A DNA stretch of 42,689 bases from Octopus bimaculoides (lineage: Eukaryota): positions 116,553,152-116,595,840 of the forward strand of contig NC_068983.1 in assembly GCF_001194135.2 (NCBI RefSeq). Direction: 5' to 3'. Positions within the stretch are counted from its first letter, which is position 1, and each line of letters begins with the position of its first letter. Made by a program: the position numbers and the translations under genes. The notes under the pieces are model-generated. The model saw only the letters and a program-made list of their open reading frames with translations, made no database searches and had not been told where the DNA came from. Positions 1 through 10,744 of this stretch are shown one piece after another.

Positions 1-109
1 CCCACTTTTGTTTTTTTTCTGCTTTGTTTTCGCCCCCCTCGAAAAGAAAAAACTCTACATTTGTATTTTGTCCCCTCTGTGTTGAGCCCTGTGTGGCTAA
101 TAAAGAAAC

Positions 110-140
<31 letters not shown>
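1..140 (+). mobile_element. 3' end of a non-LTR retrotransposon (clade unassigned) with (TATC)n tail
   Basis: ...ctctacatttgtattttgtcc...gagccctgtgtggctaataaagaaacc(TATC)n; homologous to 3908-4036. AGCC-ctgtgt-GGCT stem-loop and AATAAA precede the microsatellite. Confidence 0.55.
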
Positions 141-939
141 CCTTTCTTTCTTCTTACCTATCTCCTCCTCTCGTTCTTCTTCCTTCTGTTGCCTTTGCTT
201 CTCCCCTTCACTGCTATATCTCTCTCTTACTCTTCCTCCTTGTCTCTCATCGCTCACCTATGTTCAACTTCCTCCCTTTTCCTCTCTCTACCACTTCTCG
301 TTGATCACACGTCTTCCTTTCTCCATTCGGCCAGCATAAAGGCAACACGAACTGCTATCTCTCTCTGCTCAAGTTCGTCACATCACAGCGTTCAGTATCT
401 CATCTTGTTTGGCTTAACGACCCTCAATGTTTGTTTTCCTTGTTTAGTTTTCCCTGTCTTGGTTTCTGTTTGCCTTCGCATAGCAGGTCTTATTTAATTT
501 GCTTTGCGGGAATTTATGTATCGTAAACAATGTGCTAAGATGTTATTTTTTCCTTACACGTTCATGTATGTATATATGTATGTATGTATGTAGGTATGTA
601 TGCAAGTTCTTTTCTATTTTTAATTATTCTTCTAACAAAGATACAAAGTCCCATCGTTCGAATGTAGATAACGAAAACAATATCACATTTTAAACCCGAG
701 AAAAGTCTTGTATAGTTTTACTAAACCGCTTACAGGCTGTATTTGTAACGTTGATTTCTTTTTCTGAAAATCCAAGCTTATCTAGACTGACAGTTAGACA
801 TTTATTTACAAAACCAAATGCACCAATTAGACTGTGTAACATGATTTTAGTCCCTGGGTAGCAACTGTTATTTCCTATTTGCTTATCCTTAGGAAATATG
901 AAAAATGGCTAATATTTCCTCCAAACTTTGCTTTTGCTA

Positions 940-1455
940 TATTTATTCAAATTAAGTTTAAGAATTGTTGTCCAGATTTTTATGAGCTTCTCAAAGGCAT
1001 CAATTAAAATTACAAGAACTTTTGCCAAATGGAGACACTTCAGCAATCGCAAGTAGAAATAGAGTCAAATGTCTTACTATAACCAAGCCATACTGTTACA
1101 AGGCTCCTACGATATTTTTTTCACCTCAGGTAGTAAAATGGCTTTGTTTATCAGCAGTTCGGCACGTCCCCACACTCTCTTCTTTTCACCGGCCTGTACA
1201 TCAGTCATTATGTTGTTGGACTCCCAAAGATCCTGGAAGAATTGGTTGAGGCAGCTTGTGTACAGTTTGTACATAATATTTAGGCAAGCAATGGTCTTGT
1301 AATTTGCAGACAACTCGGTTTCATTTTTGGCTACAAAATTTTTCCATGCCATTTCAAGTCAATTTGGTATGTCAATCTGACCTTCTGTAGTGTTTTTGAA
1401 TATACTTATTAGGGGTTTCCAGTGAAATGTCAGCCCCCTAATCCAGTATCCAACT
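940..1455 (-). pseudogene. R4/Dong-like non-LTR retrotransposon RT fragment
   Basis: NYKTIACLNIMYKLYTSCLNQFFQD...QAGEKKRVWG..ELLINKAIL, continuing after a frameshift as KYRRSLVTVWLGYSKTFDSI. Matches RT domains 1-3 of the R4 clade; contains stops and frameshifts. Confidence 0.85.
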
Positions 1456-1456
1456 A

Positions 1457-1875
1457 AGTATGTATGTATGTATGTATGTATGTATGTATGTATGTATACA
1501 CACAGACAGACGTGTGCGCGCGCACACACATACATACAAACATAAAGAACACAAATGGGTTAAAGGTTAACCGATTTCCATTCTTATTCTAAGCAAACAC
1601 CATTCCTAGAACATTCCCCATGTTGGATCTCGAACTTACATTACATAGTGAATTTGCATGCCGGTGTGATGAGTATATGTGTACATGTACAGGTATATTT
1701 ATATGTATGTGTATATTTGTGCGTGCATATACATGCATATTTAAGTCTATGGGTATGTCTGTATATGCTCAGGTATATACGGATGTGATTGCATATGGTC
1801 TATACACTGATGTGCAAATCTCGACCCTCACTTGGTGTCCTGAACATTAAAATAACTTGATTCAAATGAATCTTG

Positions 1876-1929
<54 letters not shown>

Positions 1930-2238
1930 TATATGTGTGTGTGTGTGTGTGTGTGAATGCATGTGAATGTATGTATGTATGTATGCTAAAACGTGAGTTT
2001 GGTGAGAAAAAATAAAGTGCTACGCGAGGCCTATGCTCTCCGATGCAAAAAGACCGGACAAACATCGATACAATGTGTATTGAGTAGTCCACAGTATATA
2101 ATCGGCCAAAATCCCGACTGAAAGAAACCGTAGATCTGTAATTTCTCTTTACCTTACTTGTGGACAAATGCACTCACGCTCGCACGCACACACACTCCCA
2201 CACACACTCACACGCTCACACACACGCACACACTCTCT

Positions 2239-2270
<32 letters not shown>

Positions 2271-2345
2271 TATAAACGCACACACGCACACAGACAAACT
2301 CTCTCACACACACATATATACGCACAGGCGCGTGGACACACGTGT
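1457..2345. repeat. Cluster of (TATG)n, (AT)n, (GT)n and complex (CA)n microsatellites
   Basis: Directly visible at 1457-1497, 1880-1985 and 2165-2345. Confidence 0.95.
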
Positions 2346-2479
2346 GCAAATATGCATGCAAAATCAATGTTTATACATGTGTTTTCGGCTGCCCTGCGAG
2401 GTCTTATGCATCGCACACATTTAGTAGTTTTGTTTAATTTAGCAGAATGATTGTCATAATTGATTTCTAACATTAACAC

Positions 2480-3000
2480 TAAGCCACACATTTTCTGGGA
2501 GGCAATAATCGATTATATCGACATCAGCACTTGACTGTTACGTAAATGATACCTTAACTTGAGTGAAGGCGCAATGGCCCAGTGGTTAGGGCAGCGGACT
2601 CGCGGTTAGTGTTTATTGAGCGAAAACACCTAAAGCTCCACGAAGCTCCGGCAGGGGATGGTGGCGAACCCTGCTGTACTCTTTTACCACTATTTTCTCT
2701 CACTCTTACTTCCTGTTTCTGTTGTGCCTGTATTCAAAGGGTCAGCCTTGTCACAGTGTCACGCTGAATATTCCCGAGAACTATGTTAAGGGTACACGTG
2801 TCCGTGGAGTGCTCAGCCACTTGCACGTTAATTTCACGAGCAGGCTGTTCCATTGATCGGATCAACTGGAACCCTCGACGTCGTAAGCGACGGAGTGCCA
2901 ACAACAACAACAACCTTAACTCGAACCCGCAGGATTTGATCGGTGAACGCAAAAGAATGAAATTAATATGACAAGAAACTTTGTCGTTCTACAGAAAGAT
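2480..3000 (-). mobile_element. Old SINE family C copy interrupted by the family A insertion
   Basis: The flanks aatcgattatatcgacatcagcacttgactgttac and caggatttgatcggtgaacgcaaaag resemble consecutive parts of the 6095-6322 copy. Confidence 0.5.
2563..2912 (+). mobile_element. tRNA-derived SINE family A, B-box region deleted, (AAC)n tail
   Basis: Head GTGAAGGCGCAATGGCCCAGTGGTTAGGGCAGCGG; body matches the copies at 12802, 13880 and 39480. TSD accttaactYga at 2551-2562 and 2913-2924. Confidence 0.9.
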
Positions 3001-3455
3001 GAAAATTTTTTCTGAATTCCAAATGGCAAAGATGTTTCTATCTCCAATTAACTACATCCTTGTAAGTTTATTCATGATTCCACTGATCTATAGAAATGCA
3101 TAATATACACAATGATATTAAAAGTTCTATTAGCATTTAAATATTATATAAATTATTTTAAAAATAATAACAGAGACAGTCAGAAGTTCTCTACAGATAC
3201 TTCAGACATTTTGTTTATTGCTGAATAAATCAAATGCATCATGTAAAAAAACTGTTTTCTTCAGGTGTCCATACACACTGTTAGTGCACAGGTGTGCTAT
3301 CCCCGACTCTACCTTGTTGCCTTTGTAATTAAATACCTTGATTCTATGGTGTCCTGAAAATAAATATAAATTATTTTTTAGATTGTTACAATTTTATTCT
3401 TTATATTATTTATTTTTAATACCATCTTTGCTAGTTTCTTGAAGATATCTTTTGA

Positions 3456-3456
<1 letters not shown>

Positions 3457-3529
<73 letters not shown>

Positions 3530-3580
3530 CCTACCTACCTATGTATGTATGTATGTATGTATGTATGTATCTATCTATCT
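3457..3580. repeat. Compound (TATC)n-(TACC)n-(TATG)n microsatellite
   Basis: Directly visible. Confidence 0.95.
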
Positions 3581-3679
3581 GTGGCAAGAATGGTAAGCAT
3601 GAAAGACGACACCATTTTAAGCATAGACTTGTAACAAAAAGAGACAAAAAGAGAGAAGGTACTTACTTTCATGTACCTT

Positions 3680-4001
3680 TAAAAAGAAAAGCCTGAGGTG
3701 ACCGTGGTTTTTTCCGTAGGCTTTTCTCTCCACGGATAAACCTAATCTATTCCCGGTTTTTTTTTTACATTGACTGTGATACACGATCCCTATTGANNNN
3801 NNNNNNNNNNNNNNNNNNNNNNNNNNNNNNNNNNNNNNNNNNNNNNNNNNNNNNNNNNNNNNNNNNNNNNNNNNNNNNNNNNNNNNNNNNNNNNNNNNNN
3901 NNNNNNNGAAAATATCCCCCCCCTTTCCCCGCCAAAGAAAAGCTCTACATTGTAATTTGTCCATTTTCTGTATTTAGCCCTGTGTGGCTATAATAAAAAG
4001 A

Positions 4002-4036
<35 letters not shown>
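3680..4036 (+). mobile_element. Second copy of the same non-LTR 3' end (spans the gap at 3797-3907), (TATC)n tail
   Basis: 3908-4000 aligns with 25-110 (aagaaaa-ctctacatt-gta-tttgtcc...agccctgtgtggct-aataaa). Linking 3680-3796 to it across the gap is inference. Confidence 0.55.
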
Positions 4037-4044
<8 letters not shown>

Positions 4045-4152
4045 TTATCTATCTACATTGTCAATTTCCTAGCTCTGCTTTACTTCAATAGAAAGACTTT
4101 AACTCTCTGTTTAGCATATTTATTACTTTGTTCCATACACAGTGTAAAACTA

Positions 4153-4540
4153 AATGACAAAAACAAAACAGAACAGAACAAACAGGAATCCTAAAACAGA
4201 AGACAAATTTTTTGGTTGTTGCGGGTCATTTTGCAGAGTCGATAGAACTAAATATTTGTCGCGCATTATTTTCAGGAACATTTTTTCGCATATTTTTCGT
4301 CTTGTCCTGCTGTACCTTATACGTACTGGCTCTCCTATCTCGTTGTGCCGATATTTTATTATAGCTTCTTCTTCACCAAACGTTCCTCAGTAGGACTGCT
4401 TTTTAAAATCTTCTGGTACACTGAAGCTAGCAAACCTGTTGCTAATAGGCTGAATCTGCATAACTTCAATCATTATTTCACGAGAAGTTATTTGTGTCCG
4501 TGTTTGAGTTTTCCATGTTGTATTATTACCTGCGTCCCAC
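4153..4540 (-). pseudogene. Possible piggyBac-like transposase remnant
   Basis: Frame has one internal TGA: ISNRFASFSVPEDFKKQSY*GT...MFLKIMRDKYLVLSTLQND. Resembles the piggyBac DNxFTS...GT and DKxxVxxLSTxH motifs; similarity is weak. Confidence 0.35.
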
Positions 4541-4589
4541 TTCTCTCTCTCTCTCTCTCTCTTTCTCTCTGTAAATATATGTATGTGCA

Positions 4590-4898
4590 TGCAAAGAGTG
4601 CGGGCAAAATGAATCCCCAAAAGTGCTGGCAGAGTAGCAGAAGCAACGCTGCATTTAAATCGTTTAGGACTGTGCAAACCACGACCTAGACACCATGAAG
4701 ACTATCATCACTGGTAATGAGACATGGAGTTATGATCCCTGGTCGATGCGTGAAAAAACCCGACGAGCGCGCACTGCACATCTATTCGCTAGGTATTTCA
4801 GAAGTATACCTAGAGGTGGAGCTTACAGGTGCAAAAATTTTCACGGCATTATTTCTGGCGGTAAAAAATAGAGTCGGATAATTTATGAACACACCTCG
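4590..4898 (+). mobile_element. Mariner transposase fragment plus right TIR
   Basis: MQRVRAK*IPKVLAE*QKQR and LDTMKTIITGNETWSYDP match mariner KVCAKWVP...IITGDETW. Ends in a TIR-like gaacacacctcgt. Confidence 0.75.
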
Positions 4899-5298
4899 TG
4901 CACACATACATATATATATACTAACACGATGCATACTCAGAAACACGTACATATACTGCAAGTCAGCTAGCATCTTAGATTGTCGCATTTCTCTTTCTTT
5001 TTTCGTTTATTTTGTCTTTCTTGCTCGATCTTCGCTCTCTATTTATTATACATTTGCTTTTTAAGTAATTCTTTATGCGCTTAATGATACATAAATTAAT
5101 TTTTATGATGCTCGTTTTACCAAATGTCTTTAATGCCATAAAATTAAAAATTTGTCTTTAATATAAAAGAAATGTTTTCAATATGCAGCAAAGAAAAACA
5201 TAGAGCAAACAACATTTCTACTGTTATTATTCCAGTTAAATCTACTTTAGAAGTTGAGTACTTTTACGTAACCATTGTGCAAACAAGATATATTTCTA

Positions 5299-5460
5299 TA
5301 GAGTGGCTGTTTGGTATGTAGCTTGCTCACCAACCACATAGTCCAAGGTTCAGTCCCACTGCGTGGAACTTTAGGTAAGAGTCTTCTACTATAATCTCGG
5401 GCCGACCAAAGCCTTGTGTGTGGATCTGCTAAACGGAAACTGAAAAAAGCACATCGTATA
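5299..5460 (+). mobile_element. tRNA-derived SINE family B, 5' half
   Basis: A-box-like TGGCTGTTTGG and B-box-like GGTTCAGTCCC, followed by a CORE-like segment that runs into (TA)n. Confidence 0.75.
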
Positions 5461-5467
5461 TATATAT

Positions 5468-5498
<31 letters not shown>

Positions 5499-5721
5499 AT
5501 CATGATAATAATATTAGGGATAAAAATTCAAATTTACAGGTAAAAACTCAATTTAATTTAATTTATCAAAATTAAAATTAAATTAAATTTCACAATATAT
5601 AATATATAAATATATAATTTAGAGAAAAGAACCCCACAATTCTAGAATTCATTCATGAAAATCCACAGTCACATACAGAAAAATTTTATAAGTAAATACA
5701 CTAAAAAGACCTATAATAAAA

Positions 5722-5801
5722 ATACATAAATAGACTAACACGATACATAAATAGACTAACACGATACATAAATAGACTAACATGATACATAAATACACTA
5801 A
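5722..5801 (+). repeat. 21-bp minisatellite (atacataaatagactaacacg) x ~3.8
   Basis: Units start at 5722, 5743, 5764 and 5785 (last one partial). Confidence 0.9.
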
Positions 5802-6094
5802 TACTCAGAAACACGCACATATATTGCAAGTCAGCTAGCATCTTAGATTGTCGTATTTCTCGTTTTTTTCTCGTTTATTTTACATTTAAACATAATTGTA
5901 ATGGACAAAATAATAGGATTAAATTTAATTCATTTAATGATGATAATAAATTTAATAATATAAATAATAAATATACTAATATCTATAATAAGAACAAACT
6001 TTTTAATCAGAATTTGCATTGTATAAGAAAATTGTTTGTAAGATAGCGATCCGCTTAGATTCTTAATATAGAATATATTTCACTCCCCCAAGAA

Positions 6095-6322
6095 TATTCT
6101 TTTTTGCTCTAGGAACGAAGCCCGGAATTTTTTTTTGGTGGTGGTGGGGGAGCAGTCGATTAAATCGACACCAGTTCGCAACTGGTACTTAATTTATCGA
6201 CCCCAAAAGAATGAAAGGCAAAGTCGATCTCGGCGAAATTTGAACTCAGAACGTAGAGACAGACGAAATACCGCTAAGCATTTCGCCCAGTGTGTTAACG
6301 TTTCTGCCAGCTCGTCACCTTA
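6095..6322 (-). mobile_element. SINE family C, full length
   Basis: Reverse complement begins taaggtgacgagctggcagaaacg and contains a B-box-like GAGTTCAAATTTC. Flanked by a tcccca(a)agaatatt duplication. Confidence 0.9.
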
Positions 6323-6626
6323 TTCCCCAAAGAATATTATCATTCCAATAGGTATGCATGTCATCATATTTCATTTTATAAAAGAGTTTTTTCAGAACAT
6401 TGCTTTTCGTACTTTGTTGATCAAGGAAATGAAATAGTTTTTGTAGAGTTCAGCATATTTTTCATTACATATCCTTCAATAAGATTAATGATGCCTTATG
6501 AAATGACATATAGGATTTTTACAGCAGAATATTCACAATATTATGGATGAGTTACATCTTTTAATCAGCCATATTTCCAAAACAAATTACTATTCTGTTT
6601 GATTCGTAACTAATATTTGCATGTCT

Positions 6627-6840
6627 TAAGGTGGCGAGCTGGCAGAATAGTTACCGCGCTGAACAAAATGGTTAGCGGCATTTCGTCTGCCTTTGCGTTC
6701 TGAGTTCAAAGTCCGCCGAGGACGACTTTGCCTTTCATCATTTCAGGATCAGTAAGATAAGTACCAGTTGTGCACTGGGATCGATGTAATCGACTTATCA
6801 TTCCTCCGAAATTGCTGGCTTTGTGCAAAAATTTGAAATC
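6627..6840 (+). mobile_element. SINE family C, full length
   Basis: taaggtggcgagctggcagaatag...gagttcaaagtcc. Perfect 15-bp TSD aatatttgcatgtct at 6612-6626 and 6841-6855. Confidence 0.9.
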
Positions 6841-6922
6841 AATATTTGCATGTCTATAGAATTTAGCTGAGCACGTTAATTTTTCTGTAAAGTTTGACCT
6901 TGTACTCCAAATTTCACTATCT

Positions 6923-6991
<69 letters not shown>

Positions 6992-7830
6992 TGTATGTGC
7001 ATGTGTGTATCTTCTGTCTTTCAAATATTGTATTCAGAATTTAAAATTTACTGTAGTAAAATGTTTTTTTTTAAAGAAAACTAAAATAAATCAAATGTTA
7101 ATATTTTCCGTTCGACTAGCGAGAAGCCATAAAGCAAGATTTATTTAAGCCCAAGTACATGCAGCTCTCATATGCATTCAAACAGTAGATGAAGCCATTG
7201 AATATTACGTCGTTAAGATCCGCAAGAACGATGTGAATGTCAAACTTTTCATTTTAACAAACAAGTTCAAAATATATGAATTTTTTTTCTGTTTAGCAAC
7301 TATTTGCTGTAAATAGGCGTTTATGAATAAGCGATTTACTCTGTTCATTTCAGGAGAAGCGAAAACGGAATTTATTACTTTTATAACTTTCATAGAAGCA
7401 CATGAAACTCAAACTACGTGTAGAAGTAAAAATTCGATCTGTTTCTCTCTTAGTCAATATAAACAAAATTGTCGAGTAAATGAGTTGATCTTCTCTTTTT
7501 GTTTTCTCATAATTATTCAGATTTTGCAGCTATATTATTATTAAAGATAATTCTGTTTTCGTCTTCACTGTAGGTGAATTTAAATTAATAGGAAGTTATT
7601 TTTTAACTTACTACAATAAATATGCTAGCCTTATCAACATCTAAACTATGATATGCTCCCGTGTTTGGTTATTTGCTATTATGTAAAGGGTGAAAGGGTA
7701 TTTAGAATAAAGGACCAACCAACTTATAATTCTAGTCTGAAAAGTTTTAACATCCCTAACATCGTTATCTTCTTGGAAAAGATATATCAAGAATTGAAAA
7801 GTTATATATATATATATGTGTGTGTGTGTG

Positions 7831-7867
<37 letters not shown>

Positions 7868-7907
7868 CAAATGAAAGACAAGACGGAATATACGAGAATT
7901 TATTATT

Positions 7908-7946
7908 AATCACAACAATTGTTTCGACACAGTTATCAGCGATTCC
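7908..7946 (-). ncRNA. Degenerate type I hammerhead-like motif downstream of the Penelope ORF
   Basis: Minus strand reads AAUCG-CUGAUAA-cugugu-c-GAA-ACAAUUGU-ug-UGAUU. G8 is replaced by A and stem II has collapsed. Confidence 0.4.
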
Positions 7947-8439
7947 TTTTGGGTGGGACACTCAACAACTGGTTCAGGAGCATCCCGTGGTGCAGATGTG
8001 TCTCGTCATGTGATAAATAAATACAACTCGTTAAAATGACTGTTCCGCAATGTAACTTTCCATTTCCTAGAGAGAAAGGCAACCAGACAGAGGAAATATC
8101 TTCATTTATATAGAAGATCAAAAATAAAATCACAGGTGGCAAAAAGAGAAACGAACACGCAATCCAGCGAGACAGGTATTAAAAATAACCGTTAACAGAT
8201 TTCGATGTATAAACGCGCTCATGCAAGCTGCATGGCGAGAGTACACTCGCTCATACAAGCATCCGCAAAAATGTGAGAATACGCATGCATGAGGTTTGGT
8301 GCACTCATGATCACAAAGCGAGTTAGTGTTTATAAGAATGGGGAGGGGTTAAAAGTGAACTTAAGTAATCCATACCTTAATGTAAATTAAATTAAATTAA
8401 CGGTTACTCAAAATTCATTCTTACTGCATTGTGCGAAAG

Positions 8440-9205
8440 TACATGTATATGCGTGTAGGCATCTCGAAAGTTGTTTAAACATTCTATTAATTATCTTCTT
8501 GTTAGTTCACAGAATAGACAGGGATTCATCAGAGCAGAGACGGCATCTCCTGGAAATTATATTGTATGCTGTCGCATACCTTACTGTGGTGCAATTAATG
8601 CTATACTTCGTTTTATCCTCTTTCAGTCGCCATAAAAATCTGTCAAAGATGTTGAATGTCTCTTAGTGATTGTCTTAAAGCTGGCAACATGATTACGATA
8701 ACGATTCTTAAATGAATCAGCTGTCTGCCCAATGTAAATATAGGGCCCTCCCCTTGTGTGCACGGTACATTTATACTCAAGATCTGTACTCATACAGAGA
8801 TTCATCAAATGACCGTTTGATTTTTCTCTGCCTGAGCATTTATCGTATTTATTTGTATATAAGGCAGTCCCAACTCTATTTACCAGCGTAGTTACCGTGC
8901 TAGCTGTATCATAAGCATTTCTACTACTACAAATTGGTCGTAGTTGGTGTTTATCAATGTGATTTAGATCGCCTTCATTGGTATTTAGATGTAAATGTTC
9001 GCTAGATCCAGCAGGTGGGTTATTGAACCTTTGTCGCATTTTTCTATTGTTTATGCGATGCATAAGCTGCTGTAAATTAGCAGAGTTGGCGTAGGATACC
9101 TTCACGGTGTATCGATTAACAATAGCATGGTTCCAATTAGATTTAGGAAAACACATGTCCAAAGGAGCAAAAAAATTGTGTAAATGTGTATAGTGTATAG
9201 AATAA
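8440..9205 (-). pseudogene. Penelope-like element: thumb/linker plus GIY-YIG endonuclease fragment
   Basis: LDMCFPK..HAIVNRYTVKVSY..NL; LEYKCTVHTRGGPYIYIGQTADSFKNRYRNHVASF...STSLT; after a frameshift LWRLKED..YSI...AYNIISRRCRLCSDE. Typical PLE endonuclease C-terminus. Confidence 0.9.
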
Positions 9206-9209
9206 TATA

Positions 9210-9467
9210 TCAGTTGGAGAAAGTTAAAATATGGTCTAGTTTTCATGATTTTTATTATGATATTATAAAAAATATAAATGTTTTTATAATGTTGAAGTGT
9301 GTTAATTTGTAATGTTCATAAAGTTCAATTAGCGCTTTCATACGTTCGTAGTAATCATCAGATTTCAAAATGTATGTCCAACACACTTCAACACTGTAAA
9401 ACAATTTTTTTAAATACCATAATAAAAAACGTGAAAACCAGACTGTATTTTAACTTTATTCAACTGA
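9210..9467. mobile_element. Tc1/mariner-type MITE with ~90-bp imperfect TIRs and TA TSD
   Basis: TA|TCAGTTGGAGAAAGTTAAAATATGGTCTAGTTTTCATG ... CGTGAAAACCAGACTGTATTTTAACTTTATTCAACTGA|TA. The inverted match extends to ttgaagtgt/acacttcaa. Confidence 0.85.
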
Positions 9468-9489
9468 TATATATATATATATATATATA

Positions 9490-9700
9490 TACAGTAAATC
9501 CCCCAAAACGAAGAACAAACACAAAATAACAACGCGAGGACGTGTGGTACATGTAAGGTATTAGCAGACACTCAGGGAAAGAAAGAAAGGTAGTTTTACG
9601 TTTCGTGCAAAGCCTCTTCAGAAGCAGGAGACAGAGGAAAGTCCAATAGACGGAGGAAAAATCGCCGACGATTCACATGTGGTTACATTTGAAATATATA
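9490..9700 (-). mobile_element. Penelope-type terminal-repeat-like segment carrying a degenerate hammerhead motif (9594-9625)
   Basis: Minus strand reads CUGAAGA-ggc-uuu-gcac-GAA-ACGU-A; starts next to (TA)n. Confidence 0.45.
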
Positions 9701-10308
9701 GGTTTACTTCTGTTGAAAATTCTATAATAAAAGCTATGGATAACAACATGACCTTCCCCACTTACTGCCATTCATGCTTAAATTAGAAATCGATCAATAT
9801 TATACGTTTGGAAAATATAATGCATGTGTCTGTTGGTTTACTGCTATGTATAAATGCAAAAAAATATACCGATGGAGATGGGTATTCCAGTTCATATATT
9901 TGTAGATTGTATGAATGTGTTTATGTGCGTATATATACCTTTGTGTAATGAGCATGCTTGTGCTAAATATGAGCCGGGATGAAATATGCATTGAATTACT
10001 GTAGAGAATAGCGCAAGAGGGGTTGTTTTGGCATCAGCAAACTGCAGATGATACAAACACTAAAGGAAAGGAAGTATTTGATTGAAAATTATGTGGTAAG
10101 AAAACAATAGAATATTGGAGCTTGTTGAGAATCATCGATTTCACAACACACAAAACATATATCTGAGATGGTAAACAGCTGTAGGCCATACGAATGTCTC
10201 TTCTTTACCCTTCTTTCTCTACACATGGATGTTCGTGTGTGTGATAGAGTTTGTGATTTTACTTGCAAAGGCATTGAAGTTTTACAGTACACATTTTGTA
10301 TACATACA

Positions 10309-10343
<35 letters not shown>

Positions 10344-10494
10344 GTGTGTGCATACATGTGTACATATCTATATATAAATATATGTGTGTGTATATATACA
10401 TATATATATATGTGTGTACATATATATATTTAATCATACATACATAGACGCACATGCACATGTAAACTTATGTATATATGTATATATATCTCCT

Positions 10495-10625
10495 TATTTT
10501 CTATCTTCTACTTTTTAAAGTCATTGGATTGTAGCCATACTGGGCATCGTTGAAAGGTTTTCGTCAAACGAATCGACACCAGTACTTATTTTTAAACCTG
10601 GTACTTCTATCATTTTCTTTTGACG
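10495..10625 (-). mobile_element. SINE family B, 3' end fragment
   Basis: Reverse complement resembles 35360-35478 (gtcgattt/cg...gcc...cagt/atggc...aca-tc-aatgac). Confidence 0.6.
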
Positions 10626-10744
10626 TACATACGCACGCGCGCACGCACACACACAAAGACACACACAAAGACACACACAAAGACACACACAAACACACAC
10701 ACAAAGACACACACACACACGCACACACACACGCTCACACACAC

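Noticed and set aside
8623-9246. 207-aa ORF as an intact gene
   Set aside because: Its N-terminus (MKTRPYFNFLQL) comes from the MITE TIR; the rest is a frameshifted Penelope fragment with no RT.
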